The notes: generated from the letters alone by a model not told the origin. DNA of 57,680 bases from Clostridiales bacterium (GCA_031273825.1 JAISRB010000055.1:1-57680), one strand, 5' to 3'. Shown: positions 1 through 8,903, numbered from the stretch's first letter. Translations and numbers: made by a program.

Positions 1-110
1 ATTCAACCCCAACAGAAGCATACTCTTGTATCAAATTAAAACGAGCGGCTCTCCGCACCCTTGAAATTTACTCAAAATCACCACGAAACGGGCATAAAAC
101 CGCTTAAAAA

Positions 111-147
111 TGCAAAAAAGAAAGCCACCGTCTGATTAGACGATGGC
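111..147 (-). terminator. Rho-independent terminator downstream of tRNA-Ser
   Basis: Minus-strand hairpin GCCATCGTCT-AATC-AGACGGTGGC (124-147) followed by a TTTCTTTTTTG run (111-123). Confidence 0.7.
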
Positions 148-158
148 AATCCTGATTT

Positions 159-247
159 TGGCGGAGGCGGAGGGATTCGAACCCCCGTGACGTTGCCGTC
201 AAACGGTTTTCAAGACCGCCCCAGTACGACCGCTTTGGTACGCCTCC
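159..247 (-). tRNA. tRNA-Ser (anticodon UGA)
   Basis: The minus strand reads GGAGGCG...GGTCTTGAAAACC...GGGGGTTCGAATCCCTCCGCCTCCGCCA. It has a 7-bp acceptor stem, anticodon loop CT-TGA-AA, a long variable arm (GACG-GCAA-CGTC), a TTCGAAT T-loop and an encoded CCA. Length is 89 nt. Confidence 0.9.
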
Positions 248-384
248 GTATTTACATTTTCAAAAACGCCGCTCACAAGTTTTTGATACGGTTATTTTAA
301 CAGAAAAAGACGGGTATGTCAAATTTTTTCAACGTCAAAATGAAGGAAACACGGCAAATGTACAAAGTCCGCGCGCGACCGCGC

Positions 385-1713
385 TCAACCCCTTAGCAAA
401 AACAACAGCCCTAAGCCTATTCCCAAAAACGTTCCTATCGCGTAGCCGAGCGAGCCGCATATAAGGCCGGGGAGGTTTAGCGAATCTTTTTTTAACTGTT
501 TGGTTATCGCGGGGACAAACGCGGGGCCGTAAATTCCGGCGGTCAGCGTGACGAGAGCGCAATCGACGTCGGTTTTGACAAGCTTGCTTATGATTATATG
601 CAAAACGAATACTGCAACCGTTATAATAGCGTAGAGCGGCATTATTCCGGCAAAGCTACCGTTTATATGCTCGATATTCACCGACATGGCTAAGGCGAAG
701 GAAAAGACCAAAATAAAATATTGACCGACGGCTCCGCTTTTCTTTTCGGCGCAGATTTTTTTGTTGAATGAGCCGATTATTCCCAAAACCGTCACGGTTA
801 TCATGACAGACGGCACAAGAAAGTCCGTCATGCGCCCCTCCTTGGCGCCCGTCAAAAGCCATATGGCTATGCCTATCGCCGCCCCCGCCGCCGTCATGCC
901 GAGAGCTATACCAAAATTTATCAAAAGCCGTTTATTCCCGAATAGCCGGCCGCGTCCGTCAAAGCCGTCCGCCGTTCCGCCGTCCCTTACGGCTTTTGTC
1001 TCCCCACCGGTTTCACCGCCGCTTGCGGCCGTCTCCTTGCCGGTTTCACCACCGCTTGCGACCGTTTCCATGCCTATTTCATCGCCGCTTGCTTTTGTCT
1101 CCTTGCCCGAATCCCCTTTCATATATACCTCGCCGTCCTTTGCGGTTTTTAAAAACCTCTTTAGCAGCGGCCTTGCGGCTGTGAGCAAAAACAGATAAAA
1201 AACTCCTCCGATAAGCATATCCGAAATATTGGCGACGCCGATAGTCGCCGCGTCAAGCCCAAAAATATTGCCTATGGCGTTGAGATTAGGAGTGCCGCCC
1301 GTATATAGCCCCGCCGCCATTGCCGAGAGGACGCCGCCGTTTGGCAGAGTATATCCGTAGACATAAAACACAACCGCCGTAACCACCGTGACGGAAGCCG
1401 TCAAAACCGCAAACGAAACCAAAACCTTTTTTGAAAGCAGCCGCGCTCCGCGCAGATCGGAATTGAACAAAAGCAGCGGTATAGCCACGCCTATAGCGGC
1501 GTATGAGCCTATTTGTCCTACGTCCCCGTTCAAAGCGATATCCGCGCCCGCCTTGCCGGCAAGATAGACCGCCGACGCTACAAAAAGACCGGCAATATAC
1601 GCCGCGCCTATCGTTCCGACGACGCTAAGCAGCTTTGATTTTGAATACTTAACCAACAACGCCGGAATCAAAAAAATTAAAACGATCTGCAAAACCGTTA
1701 TTATACTATCCAT
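385..1713 (-). CDS. Polytopic membrane protein, DUF819/YjcL-like (name from recall only)
   Basis: 442-aa ORF that is hydrophobic throughout. Two multi-TM halves are separated by a Gly/Glu/Thr-rich repeat loop (SGGETGKETAASGGETGGET). It contains a YTGGTPNLNAIG-type motif. Confidence 0.7.
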   Translation of the reverse strand: MDSIITVLQIVLIFLIPALLVKYSKSKLLSVVGTIGAAYIAGLFVASAVYLAGKAGADIALNGDVGQIGSYAAIGVAIPLLLFNSDLRGARLLSKKVLVSFAVLTASVTVVTAVVFYVYGYTLPNGGVLSAMAAGLYTGGTPNLNAIGNIFGLDAATIGVANISDMLIGGVFYLFLLTAARPLLKRFLKTAKDGEVYMKGDSGKETKASGDEIGMETVASGGETGKETAASGGETGGETKAVRDGGTADGFDGRGRLFGNKRLLINFGIALGMTAAGAAIGIAIWLLTGAKEGRMTDFLVPSVMITVTVLGIIGSFNKKICAEKKSGAVGQYFILVFSFALAMSVNIEHINGSFAGIMPLYAIITVAVFVLHIIISKLVKTDVDCALVTLTAGIYGPAFVPAITKQLKKDSLNLPGLICGSLGYAIGTFLGIGLGLLFLLRG

Positions 1714-1810
1714 AAAATCCTATTTCCCCTTTTTGAAATACATTATATTCCCTATTTTTGTACCGTTTGTTAACTTTATAAAAAAAACCAACAAAGCAAA
1801 TTAAATCTAT

Positions 1811-2080
1811 GGCATGTTTCCCCTATCAAGGGCTACGCGTATGCGTAAGCCCTATAAAGCCGTGCTTTTTGCCCCACTTTGACTATGCGTAAGCCCTAAG
1901 CTTTACTTAGGGCAACCAAAAACCACGCTTTTTGGTTGCCCCCCTTAACGCGCAAAGCGCGCGAAAAGGGGTGAATTGCGGCAACAAGTTGCCGCAAGAG
2001 GGGAAACCCGGCGAGTGGAGCGTATGCGAAACGAGCATGTTTCCCCTATCGAGGGCTTGCGCGTATGCGTAAGCCCTATA
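1811..2080 (+). repeat. Mosaic multi-hairpin intergenic repeat, copy 1
   Basis: A chain of strong hairpins: AGGGCTTGCGC-GTAT-GCGTAAGCCCT; GCCCTAAG-CTTTA-CTTAGGGC; GGGCAACCAAAAA-N6-TTTTTGGTTGCCC; CCCCTT..CGCGC-AAA-GCGCG..AAGGGG; TTGCGGCAAC-AA-GTTGCCGCAA; AGGGGAAAC-N31-GTTTCCCCT. Homologous copies lie at 3927-4210 and, inverted, at 16381-16680. Confidence 0.85.
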
Positions 2081-2137
2081 AAAATTTGAGCGTAAAAATC
2101 AATATACTTTTTTTGTTGTTTGTTGTATAATTATATT

Positions 2138-3883
2138 ATGCCAAACGACGCGGTTACATTAAAGGTTTTGGTCGGGGAGCTTGACGGGCTTCTAAAAAAC
2201 GGCAGAGTTGAAAAAATCACGATGCCCGACAAGACCGACGTTATTTTGTCGGTGAGAAACAACGCCGAAAACTACAATCTTTTGATATCGTGCGCGCCTA
2301 ATCTGCCGCGCATTCATTTGACGCGCCAAAAAAGAGAAAACCCGACGAACGCGTTTTCGTTTTGTATGCTGCTCCGAAAGCACCTCGAGAAAAGCATTGT
2401 CGTTTCGGCAAGACTGCTAAACGGCGACAGAATAGTTGCGCTTGAATTTTTGACCAAAAACGAGCTGAAGGACGTCGGCTCAAGAACGCTGATATTTGAG
2501 CTTATGTCGCGGCATAGCAACGTCGTTTTGCTGAACGGCGACGGCAAGATTTTGGGCGCGGTAAGGCAGAGCTTTATCGACCCGAAAACCGAACGGCCGA
2601 TATTGACGGGCACGGATTACACCCCTCCCAAAAATGATAAAATAAGATATTTTGACGCGGAGGGCATAAAAAAACTGCTGACGGACGACGGCAGCGGCGG
2701 CGCGGATATAGATTTTTTGCTCTACGGAGCGGTTTGCGGCATGTCGAGAGAGACGATATCTCACCTGCTCTATTCGTGCCGGCTTGACGGCGCAAAGCTT
2801 CCGCTGTCACGCGAGGCCGCGGAGGCCCTCGCGGAGGAGGCCGCGGGGCTTAGCCGTCTCGACGAAATAAAATCGCCGCGCATAATCGAAAGAGCCGACG
2901 GCTCAAGCGATTTTTTTGCCGTCGATTATCCGTCGTACCGCGGTATAGAAGCGCGGCGGTTCAAGCTTTTGAACGACGCGGCCGACGAATATTATTCGTC
3001 TAAGGACGCGCGCGAAAAGCTGTCAAAACTGGCCAAAAGCTTGCGCGACGTCATAAAAAAGGCCGTCGATAAGACTCAAAAAAAGCTTGCAGACGACCGC
3101 GAAAACCTCCTCAAAGCCAAAAACGCCGACCAAATAAGACGCGAGGGCAACCTCATACTAAACAATATTTATCTAATCAAAAAAAACAATTCCGAGCTGA
3201 CGTGCGTCGATTATGAGACGGGCGAAACCGTCGCCGTAGCTCTCGACACGGGTCTCACTCCGTCTGAAAACGCGGCTTTGCGGTTCAAAAAATATGCCAA
3301 GCTCAAACGCACCGAGGAAAGCTCCGCAAAAAATCTCGCCCAAAATCTTGCCGCCCTCGAATATCTGAAATCAATCGTGCAAAGTATAGATCTCGCCGAC
3401 TCTATACCGCTTTTACGCGAGATAGAACGCGAGCTTGACGAGACGAATTTCGCGACAAAAAAGTCTAAAAATCCGCCCCAAAAGAGCCGCGCAAAATCTA
3501 AAAACAAGCCTAAACCCATAGAGACGCAAAGGCCTTATGAGCGCGTGGTCGACGGTTTCAAAATCTATGTCGGGCGAAACAACCTTCAAAACGAGCTTGT
3601 CACCTTTGCTATCGCAAAAAACGGCGACGTTTGGCTTCACGCAAAAAATTATCACGGCGCGCACGTCGTCATATCGACCGAGGGCCGCCCCGTTCCCGAC
3701 GGCGTTCTCCTCGCGGCGGCTAATCTTGCGGCTTACTTTTCAAAGGCGCGGACGGCCGGCAAGGCCGCCGTCGACTTTACCGAACGCCGCAACGTCAAAA
3801 AAATCCCCGGCGCGGGCCGGGGCATGGTCATATATTCCGATTTTAAAACCATCTTAGCCGAGCCTAAGGACGCCGATAACTGA
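2138..3883 (+). CDS. rqcH: NFACT-family RNA-binding protein (RqcH / fibronectin-binding protein A-like, ribosome quality control)
   Basis: The N-terminus MPNDAVTLKVLVGEL and the C-terminal NFACT-R/DUF814-type DVWLHAKNYHGAHVVI are typical. There is a coiled-coil middle region. ATG at 2138 is preferred over the TTG at 2120. Confidence 0.85.
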   Translation: MPNDAVTLKVLVGELDGLLKNGRVEKITMPDKTDVILSVRNNAENYNLLISCAPNLPRIHLTRQKRENPTNAFSFCMLLRKHLEKSIVVSARLLNGDRIVALEFLTKNELKDVGSRTLIFELMSRHSNVVLLNGDGKILGAVRQSFIDPKTERPILTGTDYTPPKNDKIRYFDAEGIKKLLTDDGSGGADIDFLLYGAVCGMSRETISHLLYSCRLDGAKLPLSREAAEALAEEAAGLSRLDEIKSPRIIERADGSSDFFAVDYPSYRGIEARRFKLLNDAADEYYSSKDAREKLSKLAKSLRDVIKKAVDKTQKKLADDRENLLKAKNADQIRREGNLILNNIYLIKKNNSELTCVDYETGETVAVALDTGLTPSENAALRFKKYAKLKRTEESSAKNLAQNLAALEYLKSIVQSIDLADSIPLLREIERELDETNFATKKSKNPPQKSRAKSKNKPKPIETQRPYERVVDGFKIYVGRNNLQNELVTFAIAKNGDVWLHAKNYHGAHVVISTEGRPVPDGVLLAAANLAAYFSKARTAGKAAVDFTERRNVKKIPGAGRGMVIYSDFKTILAEPKDADN

Positions 3884-3926
3884 CATTCCGAATATCTAAG
3901 CCGTTATTTTAGTTAGGACAACCGAA

Positions 3927-4210
3927 ATGCGAAACGAGCGCGTTCCCCCCTGCACAAGGCTTGCGCGACTGCGCGCCGCCCTAAAAAAGCCGTGCTTTTT
4001 CCCCCGCTTTGACTATGCGTAAGCCCTAAGCTTTACTTAGGGCAACCAAAAACCGCGCTTTTTGGTTGCCCACCTTGACGCGCAAAGCGCGCGTAAAGGG
4101 GTGAATTGCGGCAATCTTGTTGCCGCAAGAGGGGAAACTCGGCGAGTGTAGCGAACGCGAAACGAGCATGTTTCCCCTAAAAGGGCGGCGCGCGACTGCG
4201 CGCCGCCCTA
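3927..4210 (+). repeat. Mosaic multi-hairpin intergenic repeat, copy 2
   Basis: Collinear with copy 1 (same GGGCAACCAAAAA..., CGCGCAAAGCGCGCG, TTGCGGCAA... and AGGGGAAAC... modules). The terminal hairpin is changed to AGGGCGGCGCGC-GACT-GCGCGCCGCCCT (4182-4209). Confidence 0.85.
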
Positions 4211-4825
4211 AAACAATCCTTCTACGGCTTTTTTGACGCTCTCCGCGGTTTCTAAATAGTTTTCTAAGCTCTTTATGACGACGACGTTTTCCGAGTCCTT
4301 CAAAAGCTCGAAGGCCTCGAAATATTTGTCGCGCACTTTTTTTATATTGTCCAATTTTTCATATCTTTCGAGGCTTCCGCGTTCGCCGAGCCGCATTATC
4401 GCCTTGTCGGGCTCTATGTCGAGATATATGTTTATGTCGGGTCTTAGGACCTCCGCGCTTAGTCTGTTTGTCTCTATGACCCATTTCATATCCAAATGAA
4501 CGCCGTGATAGGCGTAGGACGAAAAGTAATATCTGTCGGATATTACGCTGATTCCGCGGTCGATAAGGCCGAGTATTCCGTCTCTGTCGTTATAGAGATG
4601 GTCTAACCTGTCCGCGGCAAAAAGCGCGGAGATAGTTCTCTCGTCGGCGGTTATGCGCCCCGTCATACATTGACGCGCCAACGCCCCGATGGGGCTGTCC
4701 GTCGGCTCTCGCGTCAGGCGGCAGCTTATGCCCTTTGACGCGAGATATTCCGCGAGAAGCTTGCTTTGCGTGCTCTTGCCGCTCCCGTCGACGCCCTCGA
4801 ATACTATAAATTTACCTTTTTTCAC
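4208..4825 (-). CDS. tmk: Thymidylate kinase
   Basis: KGKFIVFEGVDGSGKSTQ P-loop, plus LTREP and AADRLDH motifs. GTG start at 4825 is preceded by GAGGAG. The longer track ORF (to 5002) adds a non-homologous leader. Confidence 0.9.
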   Translation of the reverse strand: MKKGKFIVFEGVDGSGKSTQSKLLAEYLASKGISCRLTREPTDSPIGALARQCMTGRITADERTISALFAADRLDHLYNDRDGILGLIDRGISVISDRYYFSSYAYHGVHLDMKWVIETNRLSAEVLRPDINIYLDIEPDKAIMRLGERGSLERYEKLDNIKKVRDKYFEAFELLKDSENVVVIKSLENYLETAESVKKAVEGLF

Positions 4826-5044
4826 CGTTTGCTCCTCTCTGCCTTGCAACCTTGTAATTATATCACAAACGGCCGTCGATTTCAACTGATTTTTCCTCAT
4901 ATAAATCGTTTGACTTAAAAAAAAAAATACGCTATAATATTTATGTAAACATTGCGGTCTCCGATTTTTTTCGGAGTTTCCTAAAAAATATTTTATACTC
5001 AAGGTTTTTTGATAACCTGCGGGTGAATATAAGGAAAAATTTTT

Positions 5045-6079
5045 ATGTCTATAATGTTAAACGAACTTTTGAGTCAGCCCGAAGTATTAACGGCTTGCCT
5101 TACCCAAAACCGCAAGACGATAAAAGAAATCGCCGAAACCATAAAGCGCGAAAACGTTTCGCACATCGTGACTATGGCGCGCGGCACAAGCTACAACGCC
5201 GCCATATGCTTTAAGTACGCTATGGAGCTTATGACGGGGATTCCCGTAGTCACCTATACGCCCTCGCTGACGACGGTATACAAAGGCGGTCTAAACTACA
5301 AAAACGGCATACTCTTCGCCATTTCTCAAAGCGGAATGGGAGCGGACACCCTCGAGGTCGTCGAGTCAGCAAAGGCTAAGGGTTGCAAAATCGTCGGCAT
5401 AACCAACAACAAAGATTCGCTGCTTGCAAGCCGCAGCGATTATCACATTCACCTCGCCGCCGGCGAAGAAAAAAGCGTCGCGGCGACAAAGACCTTTGCC
5501 GCCCAGCTTTGCGCTCTTTATATGATTGTGTCGGAGGTTTCCGGCAATTCGTCTATCATAAAGGATATCGAAAAGATAGGCCCTAAGCTCGAGGAAATAA
5601 AAAAGCTCGGCGACGCTATCGACCATGCGGCAAAGGAGGTCAAGGACGCCGCTCAATTTATCATCATAAGCCGCGGCCTGACGATGGGAATAGCCGACGA
5701 GGCCGGTCTCAAAATGAAGGAATGCTGCTATAAATACACGGTGTCTTACAGCTCCTCCGAGTTTATTCACGGGCCGCTTGCGCTCGTCGACGAAAATACC
5801 CGCGTAATATTAATCGCGCCGTCCGGCGAATGTAGCAACGATTTTATCAATATCGCCACGAGGCTAAACCTTCTCGGCGCAAAGATAGTCGCCTTTTCCG
5901 ATATAAAGGACGTTCTCAATATCTCCGACCTCAAAATAAAAATGCCGCGTTGCACAAAATGGGACGCGGACTTTGCCTACGTCATGGCTGTTCAGCTTTT
6001 TGCCGAAAGCATGTCTGTGAGACTCGGATTAAACCCCGACAACCCGAGAAACCTCCAAAAGGTGACCATAACGAGATAA
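5045..6079 (+). CDS. SIS-domain sugar phosphate isomerase/aminotransferase-like protein (GlmS isomerase-half / AgaS / FrlB-like)
   Basis: Two SIS repeats: ARGTSYNAA...ISQSGMGADT, and a second half with GLKMKE...SSSEFIHGP. No glutaminase domain. Confidence 0.8.
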   Translation: MSIMLNELLSQPEVLTACLTQNRKTIKEIAETIKRENVSHIVTMARGTSYNAAICFKYAMELMTGIPVVTYTPSLTTVYKGGLNYKNGILFAISQSGMGADTLEVVESAKAKGCKIVGITNNKDSLLASRSDYHIHLAAGEEKSVAATKTFAAQLCALYMIVSEVSGNSSIIKDIEKIGPKLEEIKKLGDAIDHAAKEVKDAAQFIIISRGLTMGIADEAGLKMKECCYKYTVSYSSSEFIHGPLALVDENTRVILIAPSGECSNDFINIATRLNLLGAKIVAFSDIKDVLNISDLKIKMPRCTKWDADFAYVMAVQLFAESMSVRLGLNPDNPRNLQKVTITR

Positions 6080-6116
6080 CGCGGACTAAAAAACCGCCGA
6101 ATAAAAAAATAATGAT

Positions 6117-6144
6117 TAGGGCTTGCGCGTATGCGTAAGCCCTA
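6117..6144. repeat. Solo hairpin module of the mosaic repeat family
   Basis: TAGGGCTTGCGCGTATGCGTAAGCCCTA matches the terminal module of copy 1. It lies between the SIS gene and the AT-rich island. Confidence 0.8.
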
Positions 6145-6161
6145 TAACTTTACTTAAAAGT

Positions 6162-6767
6162 TTAACGCCTATAAAACCTTTCGTCCGTGTTGTCTATCCA
6201 TTCGCCGTCTATGAGTCTACAGCTAACAAGCCACGTGTTTTTACTGATGCGCTGCATTTCCTCGTCAACGATTTGTAGGCGACCTTCATTAACTGCCCCG
6301 ACTACCATCCCGCAAGCAATTTCCCGCTCAATATTGGGAGCGACATAAATGAATGTATCGGCTATAAATTTATATTTTTTCTTTATCCATTTACACAGCG
6401 ACATATATTGTTTATATATCGGATTATCATATGAGCTTTTGTCAATCCATATTCTGCCGTTACTTACTATATTGATTTCTCCAACCTTCGTATAAATCCG
6501 AGGGGTTGAATATTCAACAACCTGATTGTCTAAAGGCAGATAAATATCATGTTTTTCAGGTTTATAAAGTATTTTGTCTATATCCTCAATCGAAAGTCGA
6601 TATTGATTGCCAAACTCGCCGCAATCAATTTTCGTTACAGATTTATAGCAACTATGATCTATCGGTGGTCTGTCGCAATCATATATCTTTAGTCCGGACT
6701 CGATAACAAAATTCCTAAACTCGTTCATATCCTCTTGCGACTGCAAAAAATTGATTTGCTTACCCAT
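6162..6767 (-). CDS. Hypothetical protein, tandem paralog A (possible immunity-type protein)
   Basis: 201-aa ORF. It shares MGKQI-FLQSQEDM-EF, GR-WID--SYD-PIYKQ and IACG...QIVDEEM...CRLIDGE--DNTDERFYRR with the neighbouring ORF. Confidence 0.75.
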   Translation of the reverse strand: MGKQINFLQSQEDMNEFRNFVIESGLKIYDCDRPPIDHSCYKSVTKIDCGEFGNQYRLSIEDIDKILYKPEKHDIYLPLDNQVVEYSTPRIYTKVGEINIVSNGRIWIDKSSYDNPIYKQYMSLCKWIKKKYKFIADTFIYVAPNIEREIACGMVVGAVNEGRLQIVDEEMQRISKNTWLVSCRLIDGEWIDNTDERFYRR

Positions 6768-6787
6768 TTTTCCCCCGCACGGTATAC

Positions 6788-7384
6788 TTAATCCCGCCTA
6801 TAAAACCTTTCGTCCGTGTTGTCCACCAATTCGCCGTCTATGAGTCTACAATTACAGAGCCATGTCTTTCTGCAAACCGTTTTCATTTCCTCATCGACTA
6901 TTTGTATTGATCCGGAATTAACGGCGGCAATCACCCTACCGCAAGCAATATCCTCGGTCATATGGGGAGCGATATAGGCTTCGGAAATATACGTATAATT
7001 TTTCTTTATCCATCTTCGCAATTTTTCAAATTGCTTATATATCGGATAATCATACGACTCGGAGTCAATCCATAATCTTCCCCAATCCAAAATATCCGTT
7101 TCACCTTTTTTTTGATATTTTCGCGGAGCACTATACTCTATAATTTTACTAGGATTTAGAGAATAAATAGTATACTTCGCCTCATAAAGAAGTATTTCGT
7201 TCATTTTTTCTAGCGATAAATAATATGTGTCGTTAAATTTAACATCCTCTGCAAGTTTATAGCAGTCGGAACTTATCGGCGGTCTTTTTTTACAAACGCA
7301 TACATTTAATCCAATTTCGGCGATAACATCCGTAAACTCTTTCATGTCCTCTTGCGATTGTAAGAATCTTATTTGTTTTCCCAT
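6788..7384 (-). CDS. Hypothetical protein, tandem paralog B
   Basis: 198-aa ORF. By eye about half of the positions are identical to 6162..6767. It is on the same strand with a 20-nt gap. Confidence 0.75.
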   Translation of the reverse strand: MGKQIRFLQSQEDMKEFTDVIAEIGLNVCVCKKRPPISSDCYKLAEDVKFNDTYYLSLEKMNEILLYEAKYTIYSLNPSKIIEYSAPRKYQKKGETDILDWGRLWIDSESYDYPIYKQFEKLRRWIKKNYTYISEAYIAPHMTEDIACGRVIAAVNSGSIQIVDEEMKTVCRKTWLCNCRLIDGELVDNTDERFYRRD

Positions 7385-7399
7385 ATGCGCACCTATAGG

Positions 7400-7672
7400 C
7401 TAAGTCCGCCGAGCGCGGCTTGCGGACTTTGTTTTCCGACTAAGCCGTCTTTTTTTCCCGTCCGTGTCGAGCGTCTGCGCCTCGACATACTCCGTCTTAG
7501 ACGGCATTTGAGCAACCTCTATCCCCGTCAGCTCATGCTTAGTCCCGAGCGTCACGCCGACCGTCACCCCCGCCGTCAACAAAACAAAGCACGCCGCAAC
7601 GAGAATCGCCGCCAATCGATTCCCGATATAAAAATATTTGATTTTATTAAGTAGATTTTTTATGATTATCAT
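7400..7672 (-). pseudogene. Probable 5' remnant of a surface-protein gene
   Basis: A signal-anchor (LAAILVAACFVLLTAGVTVGV) is followed by the start of an Ig-like module (LTGIEVAQMPSKTEYVEAQTLDTDG). The ORF then runs into an Arg/Lys/Ser-rich tail and a stop. Confidence 0.35.
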
Positions 7673-7735
7673 ATTCTCCGCCTCATAAAATAGGAATATT
7701 CCCCTAACATTATATCACATCTCATTACATTATCG

Positions 7736-8119
7736 CTAATCTTTTTGATATAAAATATCACAATCGCCGTCTACAAAGCCGTAAGCCACTACCTCGGCTT
7801 TTTTTAGTTTTTCGGCATATTTCCCTTCCTCCAAGTAGTCGGCAATAAAGGTTTGTATCAGTTTCAAACACTCCTCCCATTCCGCGTCCAGACTAAAATA
7901 ATATTCATTGTCGTCATTACGGCTTGCATACGTTTCCGCGCCGCCCGCATTCCAATCGGCGTCGTATTCGTCATATTTATCAAACGCCGTAAGCTCCACC
8001 GAATAGTTTTCATCTCCGGCGTTCTCATATATGTTAAAGCAAAACGCCGCCGTCTCTAAATTAAACGACTCTAACACCCCGTCTAACCACTTGTCAAATC
8101 CTCTTTGTAGTTCTTTCAT
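7736..8119 (-). CDS. Small acidic protein, immunity-protein-like
   Basis: 127-aa ORF rich in Asp/Glu, lying in the gene array downstream of the toxin. No family recognised. Confidence 0.6.
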   Translation of the reverse strand: MKELQRGFDKWLDGVLESFNLETAAFCFNIYENAGDENYSVELTAFDKYDEYDADWNAGGAETYASRNDDNEYYFSLDAEWEECLKLIQTFIADYLEEGKYAEKLKKAEVVAYGFVDGDCDILYQKD

Positions 8120-8139
8120 ATTACCCTCCGTTTTTCAGC

Positions 8140-8769
8140 TTATACGGTTTCAATAAGATGAAATGAAAAACCGTGAAACTTATTTTTAGTAAAGACGTTC
8201 TTAAAGCGTTCCGATACAAAAAAGTGCCATGTCCCATTAAATGTTTCCTCGGTCGGCGCAAGTTTAAACACATCTAAACCATCAATCGCCTTTTGGTTAA
8301 GAACATATTTAAGTGGCGTTTTCATTTTTCCGCGAAAACTAACTCTTTCGTCATTGATAGAATATCGCTCATACACCGAATGCTCATAATTGAATGCATT
8401 ATCAACTAATTTCAAGACGTTGGCAATACAAAAACCCTCTAACAATTCATTTTTCGACGTATATACGTCGATAGGAATATATTGAATGTCCTCAATGCCG
8501 GCCTCGTTTAAAGCGCGAACCAACCTCCTTGAAAAAATCGGCACCATATCGGAATTTTGCAATACATCATCCGGCTCTCCGTCATCCGCCTCATCGGCGG
8601 AACGAAATATTATTTTTTTATCAATCGCTTCAAATGGTTTACCTATTGAGAATATTTTTCTCGCAAGATGCCATTTATCCCATATCCTCAATTCTACTAA
8701 GTTCGTTTCACTGCAAATTAACGGATTTCGTACCGTTTTATCACAAAAGATCGTGCGATAGTATTGCAT
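8140..8769 (-). CDS. Imm11/DUF1629-like immunity protein (recall-based)
   Basis: 209-aa ORF. The pattern PDDVLQNSDMVPIFSRRLVRALNEAGIEDIQYIPIDVY...FKL...FFVSERFKNVF resembles DUF1629 immunity proteins of polymorphic toxin loci. Confidence 0.55.
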   Translation of the reverse strand: MQYYRTIFCDKTVRNPLICSETNLVELRIWDKWHLARKIFSIGKPFEAIDKKIIFRSADEADDGEPDDVLQNSDMVPIFSRRLVRALNEAGIEDIQYIPIDVYTSKNELLEGFCIANVLKLVDNAFNYEHSVYERYSINDERVSFRGKMKTPLKYVLNQKAIDGLDVFKLAPTEETFNGTWHFFVSERFKNVFTKNKFHGFSFHLIETV

Positions 8770-8903
8770 TTTTGCACCTCTACTTATTTCAGATAACCAA
8801 CTTTGGTATAGATAGGAATTTTTATGATGTCAAAAGTATAGTTGTGAGCTTTAATTGCATGCTCTTTGTATTCGTTAAATAATTTTATGATATCCATATT
8901 CCC

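Noticed and set aside
761-1198. 145-aa Pro/Ser-rich plus-strand ORF.
   Set aside because: It is antisense to the membrane-protein gene. Its repetitive SPP/VSPP content mirrors the sense-strand GGET repeat.
4826-5002. N-terminal 59-codon extension of tmk in the ORF track.
   Set aside because: The extension has no homology character (MSIKYFLGNSEKNRRPQC...). A GTG with a GAGGAG SD sits exactly where thymidylate kinases begin.
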